Source of the DNA: a virus
Strand: one strand, 5' to 3'
Virus record (IMG/VR): IMGVR_UViG_3300045996_002572
Location: 1 to 64,000 of that record
DNA: 64,000 nt
Positions 35,194 through 44,713 of this stretch are shown here, one piece after another. The translations under genes were made by a program, and so were the position numbers. The notes under the pieces are model-generated. The model was not told where the DNA came from and ran no database searches. It worked only from the letters and a program-made list of their open reading frames with translations. Each line of letters opens with the position of its first letter. Positions within the stretch are counted from its first letter, which is position 1.

Positions 35194-36357
35194 ATGCCAG
35201 ATCCGACGAACACCCTGACGGGGCTGATTCCCCACATCCATGCTGGCCTGAACATGGTCGCCCGCGAGCGCACCGGCTTCGTCGCCGCGGTCGCCCGGAA
35301 CAGCGACGCCGAGCGCGCGGCCGTGGGCCAGTCGATTCGGTACCCCATCGTGGGCACGAATCCCGCCGTGACCATCGTCCCCTCCATGACGCCGCCGACT
35401 CCGCCGGGCCAGAACATCACCTACGGAGAGATGACGATCTCCAACATGAAGGCGGTGGAGATCCCGTGGAACGGCGAGGAGACTCGCGGCCTGGAGAACG
35501 CTGGATCTTTCGAGGACGTCATGGCGCAGCAGTTCGCTCAGGGCTTCCGCACGCTCGCCAACGAGATCGAGGCCGACCTCGGCGGCGCCTACGCCTACGC
35601 CTCGCGCGCGGTCGGCACCGCTGGCACGGCTCCCTTCGGCACGCCCGAGGATCTCACGGACGGCGCTCTCGCCATGGCCGTTATGGAAGACAACGGCGCG
35701 CCGACCAACGACCTCCACATGGTGCTCGGCACCGCCGCGATGACCAACATCCGCGGCAAGCAGACCGTCCTCTACAAGGCCAATGAGGCCGGCACCGACG
35801 AGCTGCTCCGCAAGGGCACCATCGGCGAGCTCCAGGGCTTCCAGCTTCACAACTCGGGGTTTGTCAAGGCGCACACCAAGGGCACGGCGGCCAGCTACCT
35901 GGTCGATCTGCTCGCGGGCTACGCGGTCGGCACCTCCACGGTCCATCTCGACACCGGCACCGGCACGCATGTGGCCGGCGATGTGATCACCTTCGCAGGT
36001 GACACCAACAAGTACGTGATCACCACCGGCGCCGCGGGCGACGGCGACAAGGACATCGTCCTCGGCGCCCCGGGCCTGCGTGCGGCGCTCGCCGACGGCG
36101 TCGCGGCCACGACCGGCAACTCCTACCGGGCCAACATCTTCTTCCACCGGAGCGCGATCCAGCTTGTGACGCGCCTCCCCGCCATGCCCCGCGGCGGCGA
36201 CCTCGCCGTCGACACCTACACCGTCCGGGACGAGCACTCCGGCCTGGTCTTCGAGATCGCCCTCTACAAGGGCCACCTGATGAACGCCATCTACATCCGC
36301 ATCTGCTGGGGCTGGGAAGTCGTGAAGCCGGAGTTTCTCGGCATCCTGCTCGGCTAA
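35194..36357 (+). CDS. major capsid protein (P22 coat-like)
   Basis: NTLTGLIP..LNMVARERTGF..VGQSIRYP..LANEIEADL..LLRKGTIGELQGF..WGWEVVKPE. Confidence 0.9.
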   Translation: MPDPTNTLTGLIPHIHAGLNMVARERTGFVAAVARNSDAERAAVGQSIRYPIVGTNPAVTIVPSMTPPTPPGQNITYGEMTISNMKAVEIPWNGEETRGLENAGSFEDVMAQQFAQGFRTLANEIEADLGGAYAYASRAVGTAGTAPFGTPEDLTDGALAMAVMEDNGAPTNDLHMVLGTAAMTNIRGKQTVLYKANEAGTDELLRKGTIGELQGFQLHNSGFVKAHTKGTAASYLVDLLAGYAVGTSTVHLDTGTGTHVAGDVITFAGDTNKYVITTGAAGDGDKDIVLGAPGLRAALADGVAATTGNSYRANIFFHRSAIQLVTRLPAMPRGGDLAVDTYTVRDEHSGLVFEIALYKGHLMNAIYIRICWGWEVVKPEFLGILLG

Positions 36358-36372
36358 GGAGGAGCCTACATC

Positions 36373-36774
36373 ATGGCTGACACACTGAAGTTGTACGCCG
36401 CGGGCGAGCCGGTCAACGGCAAGCTCTCTGTGATCGTGGATCCCGGCTCGGAGGCGGAGGCCCTCTGGCGAGAGAACGGCTATCTGCCCGAGGACGAGCT
36501 GGCCAAGCGCAAGCTCCACTCGCTCCAGGCCAAGGAGGAGAAGGAGGCGCAGGAGGCTGAGGCTGCCGCCAAGAAGGCGGAGGCGGCAGAGCAGCGCGCG
36601 GCGGTCAAGCTGGCCGAGCAGGCGGCTGCCGAGGCAGCGCTCCGAGATGCACCGCATGTCCCCGAGCCTCCCCTGGTGCCGTCGGCTCCTGTCGAGGAGG
36701 TCGAGCCGGCTCCTAAGGCCACCACTACTCCGAACAAGGGCGGTCGTCCTCGCAAGGAGAAGGGGAAGGCGTGA
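36373..36774 (+). CDS. hypothetical head-associated protein
   Basis: AAGGAGG SD; Ala/Glu-rich, C-terminal GGRPRK. Confidence 0.65.
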   Translation: MADTLKLYAAGEPVNGKLSVIVDPGSEAEALWRENGYLPEDELAKRKLHSLQAKEEKEAQEAEAAAKKAEAAEQRAAVKLAEQAAAEAALRDAPHVPEPPLVPSAPVEEVEPAPKATTTPNKGGRPRKEKGKA

Positions 36775-37379
36775 CCTGCATCGTTGGGGTGGATCTCGGG
36801 GATCGGGTGGTGATCGCTGCGGACCGGCGAGTCACCTGCGGTGACGAGTTGATTTCCGACTCCGAGGAGAAGCTGCTTGCGTTCGGGCCCTGGGTGCTGG
36901 GGCTAGCCGGCACCGTGGCCGCCAAGCAGGCCTTTCTGAAGGCAGCAGGTCCGCTGACGGCAGCCACGAGCGTTGATGAGTTCACCGCCGCCGCCAGCGA
37001 CGCACTAAGGGCCGCCGACTTCAATCTGCACAGTGACCGCGGCGGCCCAAAGGATCACGGTACGTCCTGCGTGCTCGCTTCGCGATTCGGTATCGGGATC
37101 CTGTACTCGTCCGGCGGGGTCACGATGCTCGAGCAGGGCCGGCCCGTGGCGGTCGGCTGCGGATCGCCGTACGCCCTGGGCTACCTGACCGGACGAAAGA
37201 TCGATGAGACGGAGGTGGCGGGCGCCATTCGAGCCGCATGCGATTGGAGTGTCTTCTGCGGCGGTGAGGCGGTAGTCAAGGTGGTGCACCGAGCAGGGCT
37301 GATTGGCCGAGGGCTCGCGTGCGCTCCTGCAGTTTCCTGGACTGCAAACCTGGCGACGGTCGCCCTCGTGGAGCAGTGA
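36771..37379 (+). CDS. HslV/proteasome-beta-like Ntn peptidase
   Basis: N-terminal (M)TCIVG..VIAADRRVT, K, AVGCGSPYALGYL. Confidence 0.8.
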   Translation: MTCIVGVDLGDRVVIAADRRVTCGDELISDSEEKLLAFGPWVLGLAGTVAAKQAFLKAAGPLTAATSVDEFTAAASDALRAADFNLHSDRGGPKDHGTSCVLASRFGIGILYSSGGVTMLEQGRPVAVGCGSPYALGYLTGRKIDETEVAGAIRAACDWSVFCGGEAVVKVVHRAGLIGRGLACAPAVSWTANLATVALVEQ

Positions 37380-37816
37380 TGGCCCTCACGGTCGAGGACG
37401 GCACCGGCATCACGGGCGCAGACTCCCCCAACTCGTTGGAGGAGATCACTGCGTACTGTGCCGCTCGACCGAGGATGGCGGGCTGGGCGTCGCTTTCGGA
37501 GGCGCGGCAGGAAGCTGCAGCGCGGGACGCTTCCCGCCGCATGGAGAAGGTGTTTCGCCACCGGATCACAGGGCGGCGAGTGACGGCGGACCAGGGCCTT
37601 TCCTTCCCGAGCGCCGGCGCCTGGGATGCTCGGGGGCTGTCCATCCTCGGCACGTCGGTCCCAGCAGCGTGGAAGGAGGCGCACTGCGAGATGACCTACA
37701 GGGTCGCTTTCGAAGAGCAAGCGCCGATCGAAAGCGTGTCGGATCTCCTTGAGGAGTTCCTCTTCGACCTGGTACAGCCTGCCGGGAAAGTGCTCGTGCA
37801 GCAGGGGTGGGCCTGA
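37379..37816 (+). CDS. head-tail adaptor (DnaT-like family)
   Basis: MALTVEDGTGITGADS...QGLSFP...VPAAWKEAHCE. Confidence 0.75.
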   Translation: MALTVEDGTGITGADSPNSLEEITAYCAARPRMAGWASLSEARQEAAARDASRRMEKVFRHRITGRRVTADQGLSFPSAGAWDARGLSILGTSVPAAWKEAHCEMTYRVAFEEQAPIESVSDLLEEFLFDLVQPAGKVLVQQGWA

Positions 37817-37818
37817 CC

Positions 37819-38190
37819 GTGGCAGCCTACATTACCGCCGAGGAGCTTCGCCTGGATCTTTCCGGAAGGGGCAAGCGCCTTGAGACCCTGATGCCGCCGG
37901 GCGCTTCCTCGCCGGCCGACATCACTCGGCTTTGCGCAACCGCCTCCGCGGTCCTGGATGGAAGGCTCGCGGCCTGCCCCTACGTGGTGCCCATCGACAC
38001 CACGGGCAACGAGCCGCTCGCGGCCCTGCTGCGAGCTCGCGCCACAGATCAGGCGCTGATCGAGTTGAGCGACGGGCTCGACGTGCGCCCGGATTTCATC
38101 CGCGCCGCACAAGAGCGGGTGGACGCCTGGATCAAAGATCTTGCCGCCCGGAAGGCTCACCTTCCCGGCTACACGAGGATCGTGCCGTGA
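37819..38190 (+). CDS. head-tail connector (Mu gp36/DUF1320-like)
   Basis: YITAEEL..ASAVLDGRL..YVVPI..AWIKDLAARKAHL. Confidence 0.7.
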   Translation: MAAYITAEELRLDLSGRGKRLETLMPPGASSPADITRLCATASAVLDGRLAACPYVVPIDTTGNEPLAALLRARATDQALIELSDGLDVRPDFIRAAQERVDAWIKDLAARKAHLPGYTRIVP

Positions 38191-38909
38191 GCAATGTGGC
38201 GCGCATCAACGTGCAGTACCAGCGGGCGGGCCAGGTGCTCGACTCAGTGGCGGCCCGAGCGAGGAATCCGGCGCCGGCCCGGGCGAAGGTGCCAAAAATC
38301 GCGCGGGCTGGCCGGCAGTCACTGATGGAGGCGGTCACCACCCGCCGCTACATCAACCGGGAGGGAGTCGCAACTGTCTGGCAGGAGCCGGCGCACCTTC
38401 AGGGCCGCCCGATCCCAGACCGCATCCGGGCAGGCGAGCAGATCATGTGGGACGCGCTCACCGGCCGAGGCCCGGGCACTGTCACCCGGATCGGATCGCG
38501 TGGCGTGGAGATCGGCGCCAACGACCTGGTGATCCGCGTGTTGGCGGCCCAGATCGGCAACCGCATCGTGTCGGGAGAGGAGTACCTCCCCTTTGTGACC
38601 GGCCGCTTCACGGAGCGCACGACGCCGGCAAGGTCACGGTTCAGCAAGCCCTCCCTGTGGCGCACCGGACGCGCGCCGCGGCAGGGTCCGCGGCGCGCCA
38701 TCTCCACGCCACCCAAAGGCTTCGACCCGCGTGCGGCGCGGCTGGCAGTTTGGTGGCTCCTCGGGCTCAGCCTGGACCTCTGGTTGAGCTACGACCAGAT
38801 CCGCACCGGTCTCCTCGTGCCGCCCAAGAACATCAATGCCTGGACGCCCGGGGTGCTCACCCGGATTTCGGACACCTACGGCCGCTACATCGTCACGGGG
38901 AAGGCATGA
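38187..38909 (+). CDS. tail completion/neck protein
   Basis: coupled GTG 38187; basic; position in neck module. Confidence 0.55.
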   Translation: MSNVARINVQYQRAGQVLDSVAARARNPAPARAKVPKIARAGRQSLMEAVTTRRYINREGVATVWQEPAHLQGRPIPDRIRAGEQIMWDALTGRGPGTVTRIGSRGVEIGANDLVIRVLAAQIGNRIVSGEEYLPFVTGRFTERTTPARSRFSKPSLWRTGRAPRQGPRRAISTPPKGFDPRAARLAVWWLLGLSLDLWLSYDQIRTGLLVPPKNINAWTPGVLTRISDTYGRYIVTGKA

Positions 38910-39448
38910 GGTTCCTGCAGGGTCACTTCTCCGACCGGGACCTCTCGGCCGGCGACCTCGCCCGAGAGGATCTATTCGCGGTCTTCGAGGGCGATCCGAA
39001 GATGCAGGCGATTTTCGGGCCGAACCTGCACACGACGCCGCTCATGCCCTCCACTGTGGATGGAGCTCTCCCGGACTTTTGGGTAACCAACCTGCTGACA
39101 TCAGCGGAGGACCGACCGGGTTGGGTGCAAGGCCAGATCACGCTGCACCTGGTGACGCGGTTCCCCTGGCCGACGCACGAGCCTGTGAGGCGCGGCCAGC
39201 CCGGCCTTGACACGCTCCGGGCTTACTACTGGCGCCTGATCCAGGAGCGGGCGCAGATCCTCTACCGCGAAGTGAACAGCGTCCGAATCCCCTACACCAA
39301 GGCGCCCAAGCCGGGCGGCACCGGCTACGGCCAGATCTCTTTCGACCCCGATCAGTACCTCTTCCGCCTCGCCACTGAGGTGCGGATCGACATCGACGTT
39401 CACGCCGAGAGCGGCAAGCCGCTGAACCTCGTCAACGCAGGCTGGTAA
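38906..39448 (+). CDS. putative tail terminator
   Basis: coupled ATG 38906; size and position before tail tube. Confidence 0.5.
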   Translation: MRFLQGHFSDRDLSAGDLAREDLFAVFEGDPKMQAIFGPNLHTTPLMPSTVDGALPDFWVTNLLTSAEDRPGWVQGQITLHLVTRFPWPTHEPVRRGQPGLDTLRAYYWRLIQERAQILYREVNSVRIPYTKAPKPGGTGYGQISFDPDQYLFRLATEVRIDIDVHAESGKPLNLVNAGW

Positions 39449-39457
39449 GGAGTTCCC

Positions 39458-39709
39458 ATGCTCTACACGATCAAACGCGGAGCGAGCGTGCAGGCCGGCG
39501 TGCCTGAGGTGAAGCTTGAAATCGAAGGCGGCCTGATCTTCGGCGCACCCAACACGACCGGTCACCAGGTCGAGCTGGAGCCTGATCGGGCCGCCAGCCT
39601 TGCCGCCGACGGTTGGCTCGTCGAAGCCGTCAAAACCGCGAAGAAAAAGTCCGAGCCGGAGTCTCCGGCCGAGCCGCCGGCTAAGCGCCGGGGAGGTAGC
39701 GACCGATGA
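39458..39709 (+). CDS. small hypothetical protein
   Basis: AAGGAG SD. Confidence 0.6.
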   Translation: MLYTIKRGASVQAGVPEVKLEIEGGLIFGAPNTTGHQVELEPDRAASLAADGWLVEAVKTAKKKSEPESPAEPPAKRRGGSDR

Positions 39710-41043
39710 GCCTCGGCTTCTTCCAGAACCAGACCGGCAACCCGGCGGCGGAGTTCCTGCGCCGCATGGCCGTACAGACAGACGCCGGCATTCCCGCGAC
39801 TTCGGGGTGGGTGGACTTCTACAGCAACGGCGGGCCCTTCGCCATCACGCCGACGGTGATCCCGCGAGGCATCATCGGTCGGAGCGGCGAGCGCCAAGCG
39901 CCGATGCTGGGCCCTATCGAGATCGGCAACACACCGATGGACATGGGCGATCTCAATGTGGGCAAGGAACAGCTCCTCGCGATCGCGGCCTACCACCGGA
40001 AGTACACGGCCACCACGCCGACTGCTGGCGTCTACCGCTACGTCATCTCGAGCGCCGGCGCCACGGACGCCGAGACGCTTCTCTCGATCCTCACTCACTC
40101 CGGGACCGGTAAGCCCTTCCGCTTGACCGACTGCATGCCAGCGGGCTACAGCCTCGCGGCCCAGCCGAGCCAGAACCTCCGCCTGATCGTCAACATGCTG
40201 GCGACTCGGGCCGACTTCTATGGGTTCGCCACTCAGACCGAGGGCACGGGATCCACGCTCCCGATCTTCCGAGGTCAGGTGGCGGCCTGGTCGGCCAGCG
40301 ACAAGGATGTCGTCATCCTCGTGGTGGACGATACGCCTCTGTCCGTCAAGTCGAAGATCGCGGCAGCTACCACCTTCGACGGTGCCGCGATCTCCGGCAC
40401 GGCGGGCGAGTGGATCCTCCTGAACGATGGAACCGCGGTCAGCATGCCGCTGGGCGGCTGGGCCGACCAGGGTTCGATCTACTGGCCGGCGAGCCCGACG
40501 CTCGCAGCTAACGACGAGTTTCTGATCCCGGCGACTATTCCTCTCTGGACGCCGTCCTTCGCGACGGTTCAGCCACTGCCGGTGATCAACACGCGCGTGC
40601 TCATCAACGGCTCCGTGGTCAACACCGAGGGCTGGACGATCACGGCCAACAAGCCCGGCGCCGTCGTTCTGCGTGGTACCAACAAGCAGGGGTACGCAGT
40701 CCTCGACCGCGGCGAGTCGCAGATCTCGGTGCAGATTCAGCGGCGCCTCGTGGACCTGGACCTGCAGAATGCCCTGCTCCACGGTACGCCGGTCCAGATG
40801 GTCCAGGAGTGCCGCGGCGGCCAGATCGGCTCGACCTCCTACTACTACCGGCAGGTGGCGCTCTTCCCGAAGCTCATCGCCGAGGGCGCTCTCTTCGACA
40901 CTCCGGCCGGCGGTCAGGACGACCAGGAGAACCTCACCCTGCAGGCCTACGAGTCGAGCACCAACCTCTCCTACGAGGGCAACAACTACACCAAGCCCGT
41001 CACCTGGCTGATCGACACCGACGTCGCCAGCATCGCTTCGTAA
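39706..41043 (+). CDS. major tail (tube) protein
   Basis: beta-rich, strongly biased codons, between terminator-like gene and tape measure. Confidence 0.7.
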   Translation: MSLGFFQNQTGNPAAEFLRRMAVQTDAGIPATSGWVDFYSNGGPFAITPTVIPRGIIGRSGERQAPMLGPIEIGNTPMDMGDLNVGKEQLLAIAAYHRKYTATTPTAGVYRYVISSAGATDAETLLSILTHSGTGKPFRLTDCMPAGYSLAAQPSQNLRLIVNMLATRADFYGFATQTEGTGSTLPIFRGQVAAWSASDKDVVILVVDDTPLSVKSKIAAATTFDGAAISGTAGEWILLNDGTAVSMPLGGWADQGSIYWPASPTLAANDEFLIPATIPLWTPSFATVQPLPVINTRVLINGSVVNTEGWTITANKPGAVVLRGTNKQGYAVLDRGESQISVQIQRRLVDLDLQNALLHGTPVQMVQECRGGQIGSTSYYYRQVALFPKLIAEGALFDTPAGGQDDQENLTLQAYESSTNLSYEGNNYTKPVTWLIDTDVASIAS

Positions 41044-41055
41044 GGGGGATCTGTC

Positions 41056-43923
41056 CTGGGGAACAACGACCTCGTCTTCACCCTAAGGGAAGACGACCAG
41101 GCGTCCGCCGGCATCGTTGCGGCGAATGAACGCATCCAAGACGCGGTCAAGGAGACGGCTGCGGTCTCGGATGCGGCAGCGGACGCTCAGGTCCAACGCC
41201 TACGGGAAGAGGATGAACAGCTTGAGATAATAGCAGCACAGTACGGCATCACCGCCGAAAAGGTAGAGGAACTCGGCCGGGCGGGCAAGGTCGCCGGCGA
41301 AACCCTGGGGCAGGGGCTCGAGTCAGCCACCAATGATGCGCGCCTGCTTGCCGATGAAGCGGAGCGCGCGCGGAGGGAACTGGAGAAACTGCCTGCTGGG
41401 CCTGCTGTTCGTCCCGCGACGCCGTTCGAAACCGCGATGGTGCGGCGCGGAGACAAGCCGCTACCGCCGGTCGCATCGCCCGGCATTGATCTGCTCCCTG
41501 CAGAGGAGCGCGCCCTTTCCGGAGCGGAGACGGCGATCAAGCGCCTCGGTCGCGCTAGTTCCCAGCGCGGATTTGAGACGAGCCTGACCCTCGCCGCGGT
41601 TGCCGCCCAAGAGCTTGAGAAGGCGATCGACAAGGCCCGGCGCGCGGGCGTCTCGGATATTTCAGCGCTCGAGACGCAGAGCGATCGGCTGCGCCAATCC
41701 ATCCAGGACGGGACGGCTCAAGCCGGCACGTTCCGGGCCGCTCAAAAAGACGTTTCGGACGAGCTGAAGCGCTCCACGACCGGCGCCGGCGAATTCCAGG
41801 GTCAGCTTGGCGGGATCGACCAAATCCTCGGGCAGATCAACCCCAAGCTTGGCAACATGGCAGGGAACGCCCTCGCCGTGGGCGGCGCGCTGGCGATCGT
41901 GCAGGGGGCGGGCCGCGAACTTGCGACCGGGGTATCCGACCTAGCCTTGAGCCTGGGCGCTACGCAGGAGTTTGCGAATAGCCTTGGCTCCAGGATTGAG
42001 ACTGCCTTTAGTATCAATCCGATCAAGGTCTTCTCTGCCTCCCTAAGAGAGGCCGACTCTGCGCAAGAGAAATTCTTCGGTAACCTCGCGGAGAAGTATG
42101 TCGAGATCACCGCGGCCGGCGACGAACTACTGAACCTTCAGCGACTGCTTGCCCGCGAGGGCTTCGAAGTAATTGGCAAGAGCGTAGAGCAGTTGCGGGG
42201 CGAGTACGAGCGCCTCCGCACGGAAGGCAAGCTTCAGGTCCAGGTTCAGCAGGATATCCACGCCGCCGGCCAAGCATTCGCAGACCAGGTGGAGGGCAAC
42301 ACCGAGCGGCTCAGGACTCGCAACAAAGAATTGGCCGATGGAATAGCGATCGCCGAGAAGGATGGCGAAGTCAGCTACCAGGCCGCGCGGCTCATCGTCA
42401 CGGCGCTGGATGAGCAGCTCGCCGCTCTGAGGCGGAACGGCGAGGAATCGGATCCCCTGCTCGAGCGAAAGCGCGCTCAGTATGTCGCGATCGCCGAAGC
42501 TGGCGAGGCGGCGGCCAAGGCGGCTCAGGAGCTGGCGGATCGCGAAAAGCGGATCGAGGAGTCCGCCGCGGGGCTCTCCGCTGCATGGGAGGGCAACGCC
42601 GCCAGGCTGGACGAACGTACGGAGGCGGTTCGACGCTCGGTCGCTCAGGTTGAGCAGGATGGTGTGGTCACAGCCGCGGCGGGCGCAGCGCTGCTAAAGG
42701 ATATTGATGCGCAGATCAAGGCTTACGAGCTCCTCGGTCAAGAAGCTCCAGCGGATTTGCGTAGACTGGCCGGTGAGTATCGGGGCATAGAAGCTGCGGC
42801 GCGGGCAGCCGATCTGGCAGCGCAAGGCTTGTCAGAGACGAGCCGGCAGAAGCTCGGGGTTCAAACGCCAGCGGCCATCCGCGAAAACATCACCGCCCTC
42901 AAGGAATACGAGGCCGAAGTCATCCGAGGCGGAGAACTGACAAAGGAGGCCGCCGAGAAGCTGGCACAGGATTACCGCCAGCGCCTGGTCGACATCTCTC
43001 TTCTCACCGCCGCAGAGCGTGAGGCTATGGGCGAAGAGGTAGCCTTCCTGCGCGAGCGGTCGAGCTATTACGCCAAATACGCCGAAGACCGCAAGTCGTT
43101 CGCTCGCGACGCCGCCGCCGAGGAGCGCAAGCTAGCTGCAGAGGTAGCCGAGGCCGAGAAGAAGGCGCTAGAGGAGCGCGCCGAGCAGCAACAGAAATAC
43201 GTGGAGTCGCTGGCGTCGGCGCTGGAGCAAATTCGTTCCGACATTGCCGCGGCCACGCCGCCCGGACCCGACACCTCGGCCCTGCAAAAGGAACTGGTCG
43301 AGCTCCAGAAAAAACGACGGGACTCCGCCGTGCTCACGCAGGAGGAGCTGACCCGGCTTGACGAACTGGAAACTCAGTACCGCGACACAGGGGCCGCAAC
43401 CAGGGATCTGACCAAGGAGATCGCCGGCCTTGGAGATGCCAACACGGAGGCGGTGGTTTCGTCGGAACGGGTCAGTACTGCCCTCAACGGCGTGGTCGAT
43501 ACCATCCGCAACGCGCCTGAGGCATTCCAAAAGCTGGACCAATCCTCGCGGGAGGCCCTCGGGAACATCGCCGATGGCCTGCAAGCGACAGCAGATTCCG
43601 GCCGGGCTACGCAGCAAGCGGTGGACGACGCCTTCAGCCAGATGGCGAACGTTCTTGAAGGCGCCGGGGTGGACGCTAGTTTTCTTAGGGCCGAGATCTC
43701 GAAGGCCGGGGGCAGCGCCGAGTCATTCAGCAAGCAGCTATCTAACATTTCCAACGGCCTAGACCCCATGACGAAGAAGCTGAAGAAGCTTTCTGACGAG
43801 GAGAAGGGCATCGCCAAAATTTCCGAGACCACGAAGGGATGGGCCACGAACATGCAGGTGGTCGCGCAGCAGAGCGCGCGCGCCCTCGGCATCATCACGC
43901 AGATTTCCAAGGTGCAACTGTAA
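41056..43923 (+). CDS. tape-measure-like protein, probable CTG start
   Basis: frame open from 41044; AAGGGGG SD then CTG GGG AAC AAC GAC CTC GTC TTC ACC CTA (MGNNDLVFTL); long Ala/Glu helical protein. Confidence 0.75.
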   Translation: MGNNDLVFTLREDDQASAGIVAANERIQDAVKETAAVSDAAADAQVQRLREEDEQLEIIAAQYGITAEKVEELGRAGKVAGETLGQGLESATNDARLLADEAERARRELEKLPAGPAVRPATPFETAMVRRGDKPLPPVASPGIDLLPAEERALSGAETAIKRLGRASSQRGFETSLTLAAVAAQELEKAIDKARRAGVSDISALETQSDRLRQSIQDGTAQAGTFRAAQKDVSDELKRSTTGAGEFQGQLGGIDQILGQINPKLGNMAGNALAVGGALAIVQGAGRELATGVSDLALSLGATQEFANSLGSRIETAFSINPIKVFSASLREADSAQEKFFGNLAEKYVEITAAGDELLNLQRLLAREGFEVIGKSVEQLRGEYERLRTEGKLQVQVQQDIHAAGQAFADQVEGNTERLRTRNKELADGIAIAEKDGEVSYQAARLIVTALDEQLAALRRNGEESDPLLERKRAQYVAIAEAGEAAAKAAQELADREKRIEESAAGLSAAWEGNAARLDERTEAVRRSVAQVEQDGVVTAAAGAALLKDIDAQIKAYELLGQEAPADLRRLAGEYRGIEAAARAADLAAQGLSETSRQKLGVQTPAAIRENITALKEYEAEVIRGGELTKEAAEKLAQDYRQRLVDISLLTAAEREAMGEEVAFLRERSSYYAKYAEDRKSFARDAAAEERKLAAEVAEAEKKALEERAEQQQKYVESLASALEQIRSDIAAATPPGPDTSALQKELVELQKKRRDSAVLTQEELTRLDELETQYRDTGAATRDLTKEIAGLGDANTEAVVSSERVSTALNGVVDTIRNAPEAFQKLDQSSREALGNIADGLQATADSGRATQQAVDDAFSQMANVLEGAGVDASFLRAEISKAGGSAESFSKQLSNISNGLDPMTKKLKKLSDEEKGIAKISETTKGWATNMQVVAQQSARALGIITQISKVQL

Positions 43924-44190
43924 ATGGGGATCGTGGCGCAGTCGGCCAATTTGGCCTCCAAGATGGCCGCTTTCGCCGACGCGCTGCAGGCGAAGCTCAA
44001 CGCGCAGCAGGAGCAGGAGGAGCGGGAGGAGCGCAAGCGCCGCCGTCGCCACCAAGGCCCATTCCAGGGCATGCCGCCGTGGGCCTTCGGAGGGCACAAC
44101 CCTTTCTCGGGCGTGGACTACGGCGACCTCGACAAGGATCGCCCGACGGACGAAGACCTGCTCCGCGGTGGACTGGTGAGGCTCGATTGA
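43924..44190 (+). CDS. hypothetical tail-region protein
   Basis: ATG directly after tape-measure TAA. Confidence 0.55.
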   Translation: MGIVAQSANLASKMAAFADALQAKLNAQQEQEEREERKRRRRHQGPFQGMPPWAFGGHNPFSGVDYGDLDKDRPTDEDLLRGGLVRLD

Positions 44191-44191
44191 C

Positions 44192-44713
44192 ATGGGCCTA
44201 ATCGACCAACTGGAAGCGCTGAACCGCCTTGCCGAAGATGCTGTTGGGATCTCGGAGCGTCAGGCCGAGGTGGACGAGCGTCAGGTTGCCATCGCTGAAC
44301 GCGGCGTTGCGGTGCTCAGGGAGGCCGCAACGATCGCGCCGGTTGTTCCTGTCGCCGGCGGCACCGGTCCGCAGCCGTTCCGGTTCGCACGCCTCGACCC
44401 GATCTCGACCGGCGGCGGTGGCGAGGGCGGAGGCAACAGCCGCGTCGTCCCGGGAGGCCAGGCAGGGTCGGGCGGCGCCTCGCGCAGCACCGGAGGAGGC
44501 GGTGAAGGTGGCGGCAACTCGCGCATCCCGACCGGTCGTGCACAGCCGGACCCTGGCTCTCAGGCCATCGTGCGGGCGATCGGAGGGCTTCGGCAGGACG
44601 TCACCCGAACGAGCACCGGCGTGGAGCGGGCAGTCGGTCAACTCAACCGAGATCTTCAGCGCACAGTAGGACGCCTCGGCTCCGTGGACCTTCGCGGGGA
44701 GGGCCTCGATTGA
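44192..44713 (+). CDS. hypothetical tail-region protein with duplicated STGGGGEGGGNSR
   Basis: coupled ORF. Confidence 0.6.
   Translation: MGLIDQLEALNRLAEDAVGISERQAEVDERQVAIAERGVAVLREAATIAPVVPVAGGTGPQPFRFARLDPISTGGGGEGGGNSRVVPGGQAGSGGASRSTGGGGEGGGNSRIPTGRAQPDPGSQAIVRAIGGLRQDVTRTSTGVERAVGQLNRDLQRTVGRLGSVDLRGEGLD

Noticed and set aside
39638-39652. Slippery AAGAAAAAG as tail-chaperone frameshift
   Set aside because: Lies upstream of the tube gene within a Lys-rich tail, not between tube and tape measure
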